A stretch of DNA of 64,000 nucleotides from Gordius albopunctatus (Eukaryota). The stretch covers positions 18,538,001-18,602,000 of the forward strand of contig OZ193909.1 of the NCBI GenBank assembly GCA_964276515.1, read 5' to 3'. Shown here in pieces: positions 1 through 12,512 of this stretch (position 1 is the stretch's first letter; the number at the start of each line of letters is the position of its first letter). Under the pieces are notes generated by a model that saw only the letters and a list, made by a program, of their open reading frames with translations, did no database searches and was not told where the DNA came from. Position numbers and translations under genes: made by a program.

Positions 1-2365
1 AAATATTCTTGCTAAATTTTCGGCTGATATATCGTTGATTGGTATTGCGATTGGCCATCTCGTAAAGCGATCGATGGCTGTAAGAATATGGGTGTAGTGA
101 GATGAAGGTGGCAAAGGGCCTACCACATCCATATGTACGTGACTGAACCTTTCGTCGGTGTCGTCAAAAGTGCCAGGGGAAGTAATAGTGTGTTTGTTCA
201 CTTTAGACTTTTGACATTTTATGCATTCTTTTGTCCAATTCCGAATATCTTTATTCATCGAGGGCCACACAAAACTGCGAGTAATTAGTCTTTGAGTTGC
301 TCGAATCCCGGGATGTGAAAGAGAGTGAAAGTGATCGAAGAAATCCTTTCTTAGTTTTGTTGGTATAAGTGGTCGAGGTGAACCTGTCGATATGTCGCAA
401 AGAATGTCTTCTTGACAACCAGGTCTTTTTAATTTTACGAGACGTAAAGATTTAGTGTTGAGCAATAACTCAGTATCATTCATTTGGTTCAAGACTATTT
501 GAATCTCATTCGGACAAATAGGTAAAGTTAAAGAATTTATGTCTGATCGAGATAGTGTGTCCGCTGTAATATTACTATTACCTTTTATAAAGCGAATGTC
601 AGTGCTGAATTGAGAGACATAATCTAAATGTCGGATTTCTCTGGGTGAATAACGATCAATTTTTGCCTGGAAAGAATAAATTAAAGGTTTATGATCCGTA
701 AATATAGTAAAATTGCGTCCCTCTAGTATGTGTTTGAAATGTTTAATCGCCAAAAAAATAGCTAGTAATTCTCGACTAAATGTACTATAGCGTGCTTGAG
801 CTGCTGATAATTTTTGAGAAAAAAAGGCTAATGGTTCTTGTTTGTGATTGCTTACCTGATGCAAAACTCCCCCAACTGCTATGTTCGAAGCATCTGTGGT
901 TAATGTTAACCAACTGTTTGATTTCAAAAATCCTAAATTGGTTGCTTTAATTATACTTTCTTTTAAGAGATTAAATGAATTCATTTCTACCTCCATTAAT
1001 TTAATATCTTTCTCATCATTGTTTAATAAGTCGGTAAGTGGTTTCGAAATTGAAGCACAATTTGGTATAAAACGTCTATAAAAATTCACCATACCTAAAA
1101 AACGTTTCAAACTTTTCATGGTTTGAGGAATTGGAAAATCCCTAATTGCATCAATATTGTTTGACAAGGGGCGTATGCCATTTTGATCGACATGATGACC
1201 GAGAAAGTTTCATGATTTTACCCCCAAAGAACATTTTGATAGATTTATGCGAATACCGTATGTTTGTAACTGTTGAGAGGTGTAATTTGTGTTCATGTTC
1301 TGTGGAACTGGCGATAAGTATATCATCGATGTAAGCATACACAAAATCCAAACCATTAAAAATTTCATCTATGAGGCGCTGAAATGTTTGTGCTGCGTTC
1401 CGCACTCCGAACGGCATTCTTACAAATTCAAACAGTCCAAAAGGTGTTGTGATTGCGGTCTTAGGGATGTCCTCTGGTGCCATCGGAATTTGATGGTAAG
1501 CTTTTACTAAATCCAACTTTGAAAAAATGCATTTACCTGTTAGATTTAAAGCGAAATCATGTAGATGTGGAATGGGGTATCTATCAGGTTTTGTTGCGTA
1601 ATTAAGCATTCTAAAATCTCCACATGGACGCCATGTCCCTGGGGTCTCTTTTGGTACCATATGTAAGGGGGATGACCATTTACTATGTGAGGGTTTTATT
1701 ATGCCTAATCTACTCATCTCTTCAAATTCTTTTTTTGCTATTTTAAATTTTTCGGGGTTTAAACGTCGTGGAGAACAATGTATCGCTGGTCCTTTCGTTA
1801 TTATATGGTGTTGGGTATTATGTTTCACTTTCTCATTAAAATCTGGTGGCTTTGTAATATCAGGAAATTGTTTTAATATAGAGTAAAAATCATTATCCTG
1901 TGGAATTGGACTGTTTATAGATGACATTGAGGAATTGGTTATATTCGATAATTTTAGAGAATAATTTTGTGGATTAATTATGCGTTTATTTTTAACATCA
2001 ATTATTAAACCAAAGTGTGATATAAAATCTGAACCTAATATCGGTGAATGAACGTCTGCGATCAAAAAAGTCCAGTTAAATTCTCTTTTTAAACCTATAT
2101 CAAATTTTAACGATGTTTGTCCGTAAGTATTTATATTGCTCGAATTAGCTGCTTTTAAAAATAATTTATTTAATGTTACTTTAGTTTTTGTTGTCGGTGG
2201 AATTACACTAATTTGGGCTCCCGTGTCAATCAGATAACGTAAACCTGATATTTTGTCAAAAACATAGAAAAGGCGATTATGGTTGATATGGCCGAATCCA
2301 GCTATCGCCTTTACTGGTAGGCCTGCCTGTTTAACCCTTTTCCAAAACAACATGGTTCGACACAC
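1..2365 (-). pseudogene. pol: Disrupted pol polyprotein (protease, RT, RNase H, integrase)
   Basis: Protease [36 protein letters not shown]. Frameshift near 1270 and an in-frame TGA at 1210-1212. The downstream frame gives RNase H (TDASNIAVGGVL, YSTFSRELLAI, FTDHKPL) and integrase (HSLSHPG..CIKCQ; HMDVVGPLP, IDRFTRW). Confidence 0.93.
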
Positions 2366-3072
2366 TTCCTAGCGTTGGATCCCCAAGTGTCATGATACCA
2401 GCACAATGGTCTGTTGTTTGAAATCCCAGAAGAGTGAAAAGGGGTCTGAGGTTGACCTATCTTTTCTAATGTCCTATTTAAAGCAGATAAAACCTCTGTT
2501 AGTTCTTTAGGGTATGCATCAGTGGAGTGTTTTTTTTGGTTATGAATGTTATTAACATAATTAGTTGTTTTTTTTGACAGCACGATGCGGTCGGCTGTTT
2601 CAGCCAATTTCTCCAGTGTAGTATCTTCATTAAACGAGACCAATATGGGAATGAGTTCACAAGGCAATTTGTTGAGCCAGAGTTCCTTTAGAATCTTTTG
2701 GTCAAGAACGTATGTTCCCACTAAACTCTTCATGTATCGTAAAAGTTGCGATGGGGATCTATCCCCTAAATCCACTGCCTTTAAAAATTCCATCAATCTT
2801 GATTCATCTGATTCGCCAACCCTCTTGATAAGTTCTTGTTTGAGTTTCTGAAATGGTTGATCAGTTGGAATATTAATGATTAAATCCTCCACCTCTTCAG
2901 CGATTTCGGGTGGTAACGTTTCAAGAATATAACCAAATTTTGATTTTTCGGAGGTAATTCTTCTTGCCTGGAATACGGCCTCTGCCTGGGCCAACCAAAT
3001 TCTGACATTTCTGCGATAAAATGTGGGTATCTTCAGCTGTATAGTTGCTTCAATCTCTTGTTTATTTTCCAT
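2311..3072 (-). CDS. gag: Gag protein of the Gypsy element
   Basis: 253-aa ORF with N-terminal [16 protein letters not shown], a central [13 protein letters not shown] block and a C-terminal C-X2-H-X9-C-X3-C motif ([18 protein letters not shown]). Confidence 0.92.
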   Translation of the reverse strand: MENKQEIEATIQLKIPTFYRRNVRIWLAQAEAVFQARRITSEKSKFGYILETLPPEIAEEVEDLIINIPTDQPFQKLKQELIKRVGESDESRLMEFLKAVDLGDRSPSQLLRYMKSLVGTYVLDQKILKELWLNKLPCELIPILVSFNEDTTLEKLAETADRIVLSKKTTNYVNNIHNQKKHSTDAYPKELTEVLSALNRTLEKIGQPQTPFHSSGISNNRPLCWYHDTWGSNARKCVEPCCFGKGLNRQAYQ

Positions 3073-3153
3073 TTTAATGAATAATATTTAGGAAAAAAAA
3101 ATTGTTTGCGAACGATAACTAATTAATCTCTGAGATTGTTGAGGGGAAAAAAG

Positions 3154-3166
3154 GTCGGGGTCACCA
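3154..3166 (-). promoter_or_regulatory. Primer-binding site complementary to the tRNA-Trp 3' end
   Basis: Minus strand TGGTGACCCCGAC, 2 nt from the putative LTR end. Confidence 0.9.
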
Positions 3167-3168
3167 TT

Positions 3169-3249
3169 TGGGGAGGGAAACAAATTACACTTACCTTGTA
3201 CGTATTATAACCAAATCTTTCCAAGGTAAGTGTAATTTGTTTCCCTACA
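3169..3249 (-). repeat. Putative 81-bp 5' LTR forming a 25-bp perfect inverted repeat
   Basis: Minus strand TGTAG...CCCCA abutting the PBS. Arms 3174-3198 and 3222-3246 are exact reverse complements. Outer flank AGTT at 3250-3253. Confidence 0.7.
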
Positions 3250-4070
3250 AGTTATTAAGGTCGCTACCATTTTTTAAAAATTTATATGAAAAGTAATTTT
3301 GGTACTAACATATTGCACAATAAGGTATTAAAATGAATGAAGGTTCAATGAAATTTTAAATCAACATGGTACTATATGGTCACCCACTGGCCTTTTGCCA
3401 ATGAATGAAAGGCAAGCCATCTAAACATGCCGTATTTTTAAAACCTTTAGCTCCAAACAAAGCTTCGATCAAAATGTATGGTATTATTTGGTATTGGGGT
3501 AATATCGTTTTTGTAAAAATCAAAATTTTTTTGTCAATCTACCGGTTCCATTTTAAGCTTTAATTTATTTGTACAAATTCACTTTATGCCATATAATTTT
3601 AAGTTGCCGTAATGTAATCCTTTTAATTGAGAACAAATTATTGTGCTCAGCATTTAATTCAACTTTTGCTCACGAGAATATTCAAATACTCGGTAAATAA
3701 TTTTATGTTCAAAAAATTAGCGTAGCAGGTGTATAATTTGTTCTTTTAATGGGCCCGAACAAGACCCAGGTTTTTTGTACATTTGTAACGGGCGGGGTAA
3801 TTGATATAAAGAAGCCCGTTGTAGGTCATTTACTTCGCATGCCCATGTGTAAGTCAAAGGTAAGAAGGAAGATATAAGATTTGGGAATATGTACTTAGGG
3901 TAGGACTAGGAGTTAAAGCACAAAGGTATAACGGATTATTAAGTCTGACAAATGGCCATAAAATTTTTTTTAAATAGCCGTTAACCCCTCCCCATTGATG
4001 TAAAATTTATTTAGCATCCCCCCTAAGGGAAAATTGCTAGCTACGCCACTGAAGATGCATATGTTTTTCC

Positions 4071-4623
4071 GTATCGTTTCAATTGACAAAAGTTCATTTG
4101 TAAAAATATCTAAAATATAAGTGCTAATAATAAATATCTAGATTGGGTTTTTATTTGATGAAATTATGCTTTAACAATTAAAAAATGATAATATTCTAGC
4201 TTTGTTGTATAATCTAAGGATTTATAGGAAGAACTGATACACCCTGTCCTAAAAAATCATAGAATGTTATAAATAAACTTAAAAATAAGGGATGTTGGAA
4301 CAATAGCTAGAGTTGGGTATTGTTAATATCCAATGTTTGCAGAGGCCCAGCAATGCACTCATTATTTGGATAAGCTATATAATATATAAGTGCTAATAAT
4401 TATAAGTTACCTTCATGTGAGATGTCATCCTGCTGACGTGTTTAAAGTTAAGATAATACTAAATACCTCAACCTAAATATAATTGCTTTGTTTTTTTGGG
4501 ATAAAACAAATTGAACTTTTGACATTATACACTTGAACAATTTAAAATGCGCGGTAGTTTAGATATTTAGAGATTTTTTTTAGATATTTTTACAAATGAA
4601 CTTTTGTCAATTGAACCAGATTC
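4071..4623. mobile_element. Non-autonomous TIR element, Mutator-like
   Basis: About 45-bp TIRs (core TCAATTGACAAAAGTTCATTTGTAAAAATATCTAAAA) and a 10-bp direct repeat ATGTTTTTCC at 4061-4070 and 4624-4633. Confidence 0.7.
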
Positions 4624-5042
4624 ATGTTTTTCCCCACAAAATAGTTCTCATCTTTTGACATGTAGTATTTTTAAGTAATATAATATTAATTTAGGCACTA
4701 AATTTGCGACAAACTAGGATGGGACATCCTGCATGTTGTCAAAAATATTATTTAGTCTAATTCTAAAAAATAACTTTTATAATGGCAATATTTTTATGTT
4801 ATTTCTTCTTGTTTTAAGACTGCTATAGCAACGGAGGCCTATGTTATAAGATTTAAGAGGTCATCTTTATTTAATGAATCGGCATTATGTTATGTTATGA
4901 TTGGAAAGCAATCATATGACAATCCCATGCATTCATTTATTTTATGATCTCTCCAATTTCGCTCCGATAGAGCTTTCATCGTTATGAGTGTAGACAGCCA
5001 AAACAAGTATTTGATTTATAACTAGCATTTTAGGCTTCAGGA

Positions 5043-8000
5043 ATGGAAACCCACTATATGGAAAAACAGGTATTCGATTATGATGCTAATCCTTTTGCAA
5101 TTGATGATACACAAAATGATATACCACCTAGTGTTCGTTTGTATGAACCTGTGCAGAATAAATGTAAATATATCTATAGATTTTATTGTATTTTTTAGTT
5201 CGATGGCATCACATAGAAGATTTAGATACATTTTTTACCAAAATATATAATTATCACCAAAAAAATGGGTTTTTATGTATGATGGTGGAAGAAATATTTG
5301 AGCCAATACAATTTTTATTTATTATTATTCTCACATTCTTTCTCTTGCATTGTATTAATTATTCACAACTTTTCCGTACTCATAAATGGATTAATCATAA
5401 TATTACACAATCATCATATCACAGGAATCTTTATTTAAATGAAAATTCTCAGACTGTTCATGGGAGAGTAAGTATCAATTTTGTGATTTTTGTTTTACTA
5501 TATATTATTTTTATTTAATAGATGAGTCTTTGGGAAGCCTTAGAACCAATATCTGTGTGTACCCAAAAACAATATAAAAGAACACACCCTTTCCTCATAA
5601 TTTGTCTCATATTGGCTAGTGTGTTTCTTCTTATTAGAATCATTCGTATCTTTCAACATTTCTTCCAATATTGGGAAATTCGATCATTTTATTTGAATGC
5701 ATTGAAAATTAACACAGTAATTTGTTTTTTTTTATTACAGACATATTTTCATTCTTTTTTTGACCTATAAACTCTTTCAATTCTCTTGTACATTGATGTT
5801 CATCCAGTGCTATATTCAATTAAAGACATTAAATCAATAAGTAAATATATTTTTTTCAAATCTTTAATTTGTTTATCAATAAAATATAGGCAGTTTCTTT
5901 TCATTTTATACACAGTTTTTTATCATTCTAAATTAATAGAGGTTATAAACAAAATATATAATATTATATATTCAAAATCAATTGTTTTATTCTGTTTTAA
6001 GGATGGTTTACCTAATACAACTTGGCAAGACATCCAAACTCAACTTAAAAGAGTGCAAAGAGAACAGAGATTGTGTATACACAAAACAGAATTATCTGAT
6101 TTAGATATACACCATCGTATCTTACGTTATCAAAATTATATGGTTGCTTTTGTGAACAAAGACTTATTTCCTTTGCACGTTAATATCCCATTTGTAGGGG
6201 AAGTTATTTTACTAAGCCAAGCCTTGCAATACAACTTAGAAATGATCTTATTCTGTAAGCGAGTCTTCCCCATTTTTAAAGATTTCTCTTTAAATCTGTA
6301 TTTTTAATATATAAAGTTTGTCAAGCTACAATTAAGTTTATCTGATTTAAAAGAGCAAAATTATGTAGTTATAGCTAGCTTATATTTGTTATTTCTTATA
6401 TGTGTTTAAAGCTTGCATCAAATATACTTAAACTTATAACTTTTTTAACTATTTAGAAGCATTTTAACCTAAACTTCTTTTAAAGCTTTAAAATAGCTAA
6501 TATAACATGGGAAATTTTTGTAATATTTAACAATTCAAGAATGTAATAGTTATAAAATCTTGTGTATATGGGAATATTCTTTTAAAGTTGATTCGTTTAT
6601 TCAAAATGAACTCATTACTTTTACATCTATCCTATTAAATTTTAGGAGTAATTTATCATTTTCTTTCGCATAAAATTTATTTGCCTTTTAAATTCTTATC
6701 TTGAGGGGGTCCCTGGTCACCGTTCAAATCGAATTGGCAATTGAAGGAAGAGTATAAAAAGAGTGGACAAAGGTTGATTGTAGCAAATCGCCTCTCCAGG
6801 CACATCGTGTGCGTGGCAATCGTCAACCTATTACTATCCCCCGTTATTCTTATATGGCAACTTTTGTACTTTTTCTTCAATTATGGCCAAGTGAAGATTA
6901 GTTATTGCATATGTATATATTATATCTATGTAGGTGTGGGGGGAGGGGTATTTAGTGTTACTAAAAACGCCTGGCTTTTGTTGGTCCACCTTTGGTTCAA
7001 CTAAGACTAAAGGTGGCCCAAACAAAAAAGCCCTTCTGCCTTCATTTTTAACGGTTCTATTATCATGGGTCAAATGATGGGAGGTATGGTGACGTTTGTT
7101 TTGCCCATAGCCTTAAGTTTTTTTCTCAACTTTAGGCTATTGCTCAATCAATTACTACCCCCTTGAAAAATCATTTTTTGTACGTAATATAATAATAGGT
7201 TATGGTGGATTAATGGCATTTTAGAAATTGTGTTTTTCTAACAAATTACATCTTTATTGTATAATTCAAGTCTCTTGCAATGTCTTTTTTATTTTAGAAG
7301 CTATCAACTTTTCATTAACATGAATACTATCTATATACTTGTGCACCTAAACCTATAAATTCAACAGCTTATCAAAAACGAACCGGGAGCGCTACTCGGT
7401 ACACGGCGTTGGAGCCCGTACGCTCGACTCTACTTTCGACATTACAACGAACTCGATCATCAGCTGAGAGCTCGACTTGCTCGGGCTTACCCTCACGCCC
7501 GGAAATACGTGAGCTCGTTCGTGTCACCGCTCGCCGTCATTTTGGCCAAGAACGTTTGCTTCTTCACGGGTTCGATCCTGGCAGTGGTCATTTTATTAAC
7601 TCTCATTGACGAAGATGTGCTACTATCCACCGAACACGTTCTCACTTTTGCCACCGTTTTAGGTGCTTTTAAACCTCAGTCAGAGCTCGTTGGAATGAGG
7701 GGGGGGGGTGTTCAAAATGATCGTTTGAAATGTTAGCCATAATTTTAAAAAATTTCAACAATTTTTTGGATTTAGAAGGGGGCAACCGCCCCTTCCTGCC
7801 CCCTCCCTTGGCTACACCCATTTTTAGAGAAATTTCGGCCAAAAATGATAAAACACTGGTCACAGTAAATTTGATCGGGAAAAGGTTAGACAGATCTATA
7901 TAGATTTATTTGTGTTGAACACCAATATGTTTTTCGTTTTTCCCCTACTACACGTCAAGCTTTTCAAGCGTCATGTTTATATACATTAATGGTTCTAATA

Positions 8001-11000
8001 ATAATTGGCTCTAAAATTAAAGCTAGAAATTTTACAATTAGTAAATAAAATAGGTCCAACTCTAGCTTGTTTAAAATTATAAACTCTTATTTGACACAAT
8101 CATTTTAAAAACTTGATGCATAGAGGGGGAAAAACGCAATGAATTGCCCTAAAATATGTTGAGCATCTCCCAAATTCCACAAGACCCTAATTGTTGACTA
8201 GTGTAATTATATGCCAGAATTAATTTTTATAGTCCTAGAAGGCACTGGCGTACCCAACATTGGAATGGGAATTTTAAGGAGGGGCAAATTGATCATTTTT
8301 TGAAATTTTAGCCATAATTTTAACAACTTTTTGGATTTAGAGGAGGGGGCAGCCGCCCGTCCATGCCCCTCTTGGCGATGCCCATGGTAGAAGGGCTTAG
8401 TATTCTGTTATGCAGGGCGACCTTAAGTCTGGGGCATTTAGTCAACAGTGTATAAATAAGGAGGGATAAATTGATTTTGTATATAAATCAAAAATCCATA
8501 GAGCTAGGGTAAAAAAGATTTTAGCGAAATTCTCTCCCTTTTATTTATAACTCAAATTTATAAAATTAAAAAATTACCGATTAATTTGCGAGTTATTGCC
8601 TTTGAAAAACGCTAAAACCAACCGCTGTTTATAGCAATTTTGGCATGAAATATTTGAAAAATTTGACGTATAGGGGAAAAAATAAAAATATATTTGTGTT
8701 CACCGTAAAAAACTCTATCAGAATCTGCAAACAATTTGCCGAGACTTTATAAGTCCATTATTTGTTAACCAGTGTAATTATATAAATTGTATAAATTTAA
8801 TCAGGTGTAATATACGGGGCATGTCGTACCTTAGTGCTCCCTTGGGACGAAGTCGAAACCGAGGGAGAACCTTGTTGCCGGCAAACCTTGATGGATCGTA
8901 TCCTAGCCCACGTTCATTACTTACCAGCTGATTGGATGACGAGCCCAGCCCCAGGGGGAGTTGCCGCCTCACGATCGGCTGTTCGTGACGCCTTCTCCGC
9001 CCGTTTTTACGAACTGAGGGTCGTCCATTTCTTGAGGGAGGTGCTTTCCGCCCTCGCCGTACCCTACGTCCTCCTCGTGGGAGTTAGGCCGAGGGCCTTG
9101 ACCATCGTGGATTTCTTGCGCAATTACACGGTTGAAGTTGAGGGTGTGGGTGACGTGTGTTCGTTCGCCCGTATGGACCCGCCCACTTTTGCAAATGACG
9201 TCCCCAACCTCTCGAACCCTGAGGACGAAAGTTCTAGCACTAATCCGCCTATCCTTGAGGTAAACTCCAAACGATTTAATGACTACAACCGTGAAATGTA
9301 TCTATGTGGTTATACTTCAGTGAAGTTATAATAATGCTTATTTTCGAAAAAAAGTATTTCCATTTGAATTTTAATCGTAAAACCTAGCTTGGATTTAGAT
9401 TGTATGGTTGTAGCCGGAATTTAAAAGATATGATTGTGGGATAACCGAATGATGATTTTTATAAGATTTACGATCATTTTAATTTGAGAAAGTTTACGCT
9501 TACCATTTTATTATTAAAATTTTTATATTACATTTGTTAAACGAACAAAATTATAATCTTGTAAATTTGTAATTAGGTTTGTATACAGTCTTTTAACTTA
9601 TGAAGCTTAACCTGGATTTCTATTTATGAAAGCTGGCTAAAAAATTAATTTTCGTAATTTTATTTATACCTATCGAGGAAAAAGTCCCTAGCAAGTAGCA
9701 ACATCTATTATTCAGAAGATTTTAACCCTCGTAAATCATATATTTTTGAACATTTATTATCGGGAATTTATACTTTTGCTGTGGTACATCGGTATTTGTC
9801 CCGATTTGTCGAGATTTCTACTTATCGTCTGCTTCGTGGCTTACTTCGCCAGGAAATAAATTATATTTTTTCGCACTTTTACCGATCAGGAGGCTATCGC
9901 GTCCGATGACGAAGAACGCGACGAGATTTTAGGACCTTTGATCGGTAGAGTGAGTGGGGCTGGGAAACGCCCTTCTAGATCCCTCAGGGTGGTGGATAAG
10001 GCGTGCTCACCCCTCCCACCTTTGGATCTAGAACCGCCCTCATCCTTCACCCCCGCCATTCCAAAAACCGCCCTCTCCTTGATAAATTTCGCCGTAGTTG
10101 ACGGGGGTCTGACCCCCACAGGACCGAGCGCCCGTTATCTAACGGGACTAAAGCGACAGGCCGAATCGGTATTTTCCGGAATCACTCGTCCCGATCGATC
10201 GAGAGTTGACGATGATGACCCGAACGGGCCCGAACTGTCATCGGTCATGGCCTCTCTCGTTACCATGTCAACCCTGGGTGGAGGGTGTGTACATTAAATT
10301 TTATTCAAATTTCCCATTCCCGCAGACGACTTTTATATATTCATGTTTTTCGAGGTGAAACAAATGTTTTCAATTAATTAAGGCGTTATTTTAACATTCA
10401 GATATAAAAGAAAATGTCAAGGTATATAAACATGAATTACAAATTCGTGTGTGATAGTTTTACATTTAATTATAGAGATTTAAATTGACTAAGCTATATG
10501 CAAAATTAGATACAATAACCGTTAGATATTTCTTATTTAATAACTAGTTATAAATCTTTCTAAACCAAATCTATTATCTTACCGGTTGCCCAGCCTTATA
10601 CGGATTAGCAAATTTATTAAATTCCCCTCCCCCCCCCCCACTGCATTCCTAATAGGTATACTCTAGTAGCGAACGATATGCTGAGAAATTTGCAGGCGCC
10701 AGAGGTTCGACCCGATGATCACGTGATTTCATCCCACCACGTGATTAGAGGGAAAATGGATGGCTGCCATATGGGGGGCAGTATATGGTTACCGCCCTTA
10801 AGGGACGTTACCCTATCCTCCTACCCCACGAATGCGGCCGTACCCCACGTGATGCTGCATCACAGCTTGATGGATTTGGGTCGTGAGGGGGTGGGAGCGG
10901 CCCCGCCCTCTTTTGTCGTACCCCACACGAAAAATACTGTTATCCCGTACTCCGTGATAGATATGAGCCTCACCGTTTTGTACCTACACAACGTAATTAC

Positions 11001-11620
11001 TTAGTTGTTGTAAAAACCTATAAAAATTTGATTTTTATATTTTGAAAGGGACTATTTGAAATTGGTAAAAATGTAGAAATTAAAGGTTTTCGCTAACAGA
11101 AAAATGAAATTAGTGATCTAAAGTCTGTAGGTATAATTGTCAGGGAAGATATTTTTTATGAATTTTGATTTAAATTGCAAACCCATTTACATTTATATTT
11201 CTTTGATTTAACACAAATTTTCGTTTAAATGTATTTGCCATTAAAACGATTTGATACATTGGAAAATATGATCACATTACTGATGATTTAATTAAACTGA
11301 GCCTGAGTTATTCTTCAAGGTTGCAAATCCGCTTAATTTTAGCCTAAATAAATTAATTTAAGTAAATAAATTTATCCGTTTCATTGTTTTAGAAAGCACG
11401 CAATGAACAAACGAGAAAGCAACTTAAAAAACAAACTTCCCTAGAGGAGCCATTTATAAAGGATGACCCCCCCTCGGCCAGCCCGTTACTTTCCTCGATG
11501 GGTAAAAGCGTGAAATTTAAAGACCTTTTATCAGCTACGAGCTCCAAACTTTTCGAAAATAACGAGGAAAAATGTCCGCTCCTCATGAAAAGTTTCAACC
11601 CTCCGAAATACGACGTTTAA
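5043..11620 (+). CDS. ATG9: Autophagy-related protein 9 (lipid scramblase), 10 exons
   Basis: Exons 5043-5163, 5199-5467, 5522-5716, 6002-6254, 6706-6890, 7368-7662, 8805-9259, 9890-10284, 10656-10992, 11393-11620; all GT-AG and frame-consistent. Motifs WHHIEDLDTFF..IYNYHQKNGF, LDIHHRILRYQNYMVA, RRWSPYARLYFRHYNELDH, IVDFLRNYTVEVEGVGDVCSFA, KTALSLINF, MSLTVLYLH. First and last exons are less certain. Confidence 0.93.
8243..8386. mobile_element. hAT-type MITE, CATGGGCGTAGCC family, in ATG9 intron 6
   Basis: Degenerate TIRs; TSD CTAGAAGG/GTAGAAGG; shared internal sequence TTTTGGATTTAGAGG. Confidence 0.75.
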
Positions 11621-12512
11621 GCAATCCCATTGGTTCGTCGAGCATAATATACCTGCGTCACGTGTTTTTTGAAACCAATCACGATCGTTAAATCTCAAAA
11701 TATTTTTTCGTTCTCCCGTTCCATTGGTCAAAATTTTAGCGTTAGATCTATTTATTATGTACACCCCCGCCCGCCATTATATGTATTCTTCCTCGATTCG
11801 CGAATTATTTAGTTAGCTTGAGCAATGCACGAACAGATTTTATTTATTTATAGCATGCTTAATTTTATTTAGATCCGAATTTTAAAAATGCTTTTTATTG
11901 TCCCATTCAATCTTAATGTTTTACCTTATTCAATGATGAAGTCATTAAAAAAATATTTTATTGCTGAGTTTTAATATTGCATCAAATTACTTTGCACTAT
12001 AGGTTGTTATTTTCCAAGGAAGTTTTGGCAAAGTTTTGGGGAAAAATAGAAGAATTTAGACAGGATAGAGAGAACAATGTTTAAAAAGTAGATTTTACAA
12101 ATTTAACGCTTATCATGAGTTTTTTTTCCGAATAATATACCTTTAGAATCCAGCTGAAAAAATGTTTTGACTAATTAATAAATAATAGTTTCTAATAAAA
12201 TTAATAGTCTTTTGCTTATATAATTTTATTATCTGATTTAATGTTTATATCGATAGTGTTCATAAATTTTATGTGGATCTTTTATATTAAATTATTTAAC
12301 CCCGTTTCAAAAGTATGCCAAACTTAGACCATTCATGTTAATAACTATTTCACCTAGGAAAATATATAACTTACATATTTAACTTAATATAACATATAAT
12401 ATATTTTGCCATCTGCAATCTTAAATATGATAGGAGTGTAATCTACAATTCAAATTAGTTCTTCTGAGTAATTCTGTTTCATATATACTCAAAAAATGTT
12501 CAATCCATTATA

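Larger units (their letters stand above)
1..3249 (-). mobile_element. Ty3/Gypsy LTR retrotransposon, CsRn1/Kabuki-like lineage, degenerate; 3' part runs off the window
   Basis: Order LTR-PBS-gag-PR-RT-RNaseH-IN on the minus strand; CHCC Gag motif; tRNA-Trp PBS; integrase truncated at the window edge. Confidence 0.95.

Noticed and set aside
881..2851. Plus-strand ORFs over the Gypsy element, and similar alternative-frame or antisense ORFs over ATG9, the fucosyltransferase and the RTE
   Set aside because: Shadow ORFs of real coding sequence.
7669..7863. Recurrent MGVAKGG-type short ORFs (also 12909, 16078, 17818, 21670, 60072)
   Set aside because: Translations of CATGGG-family MITE copies.
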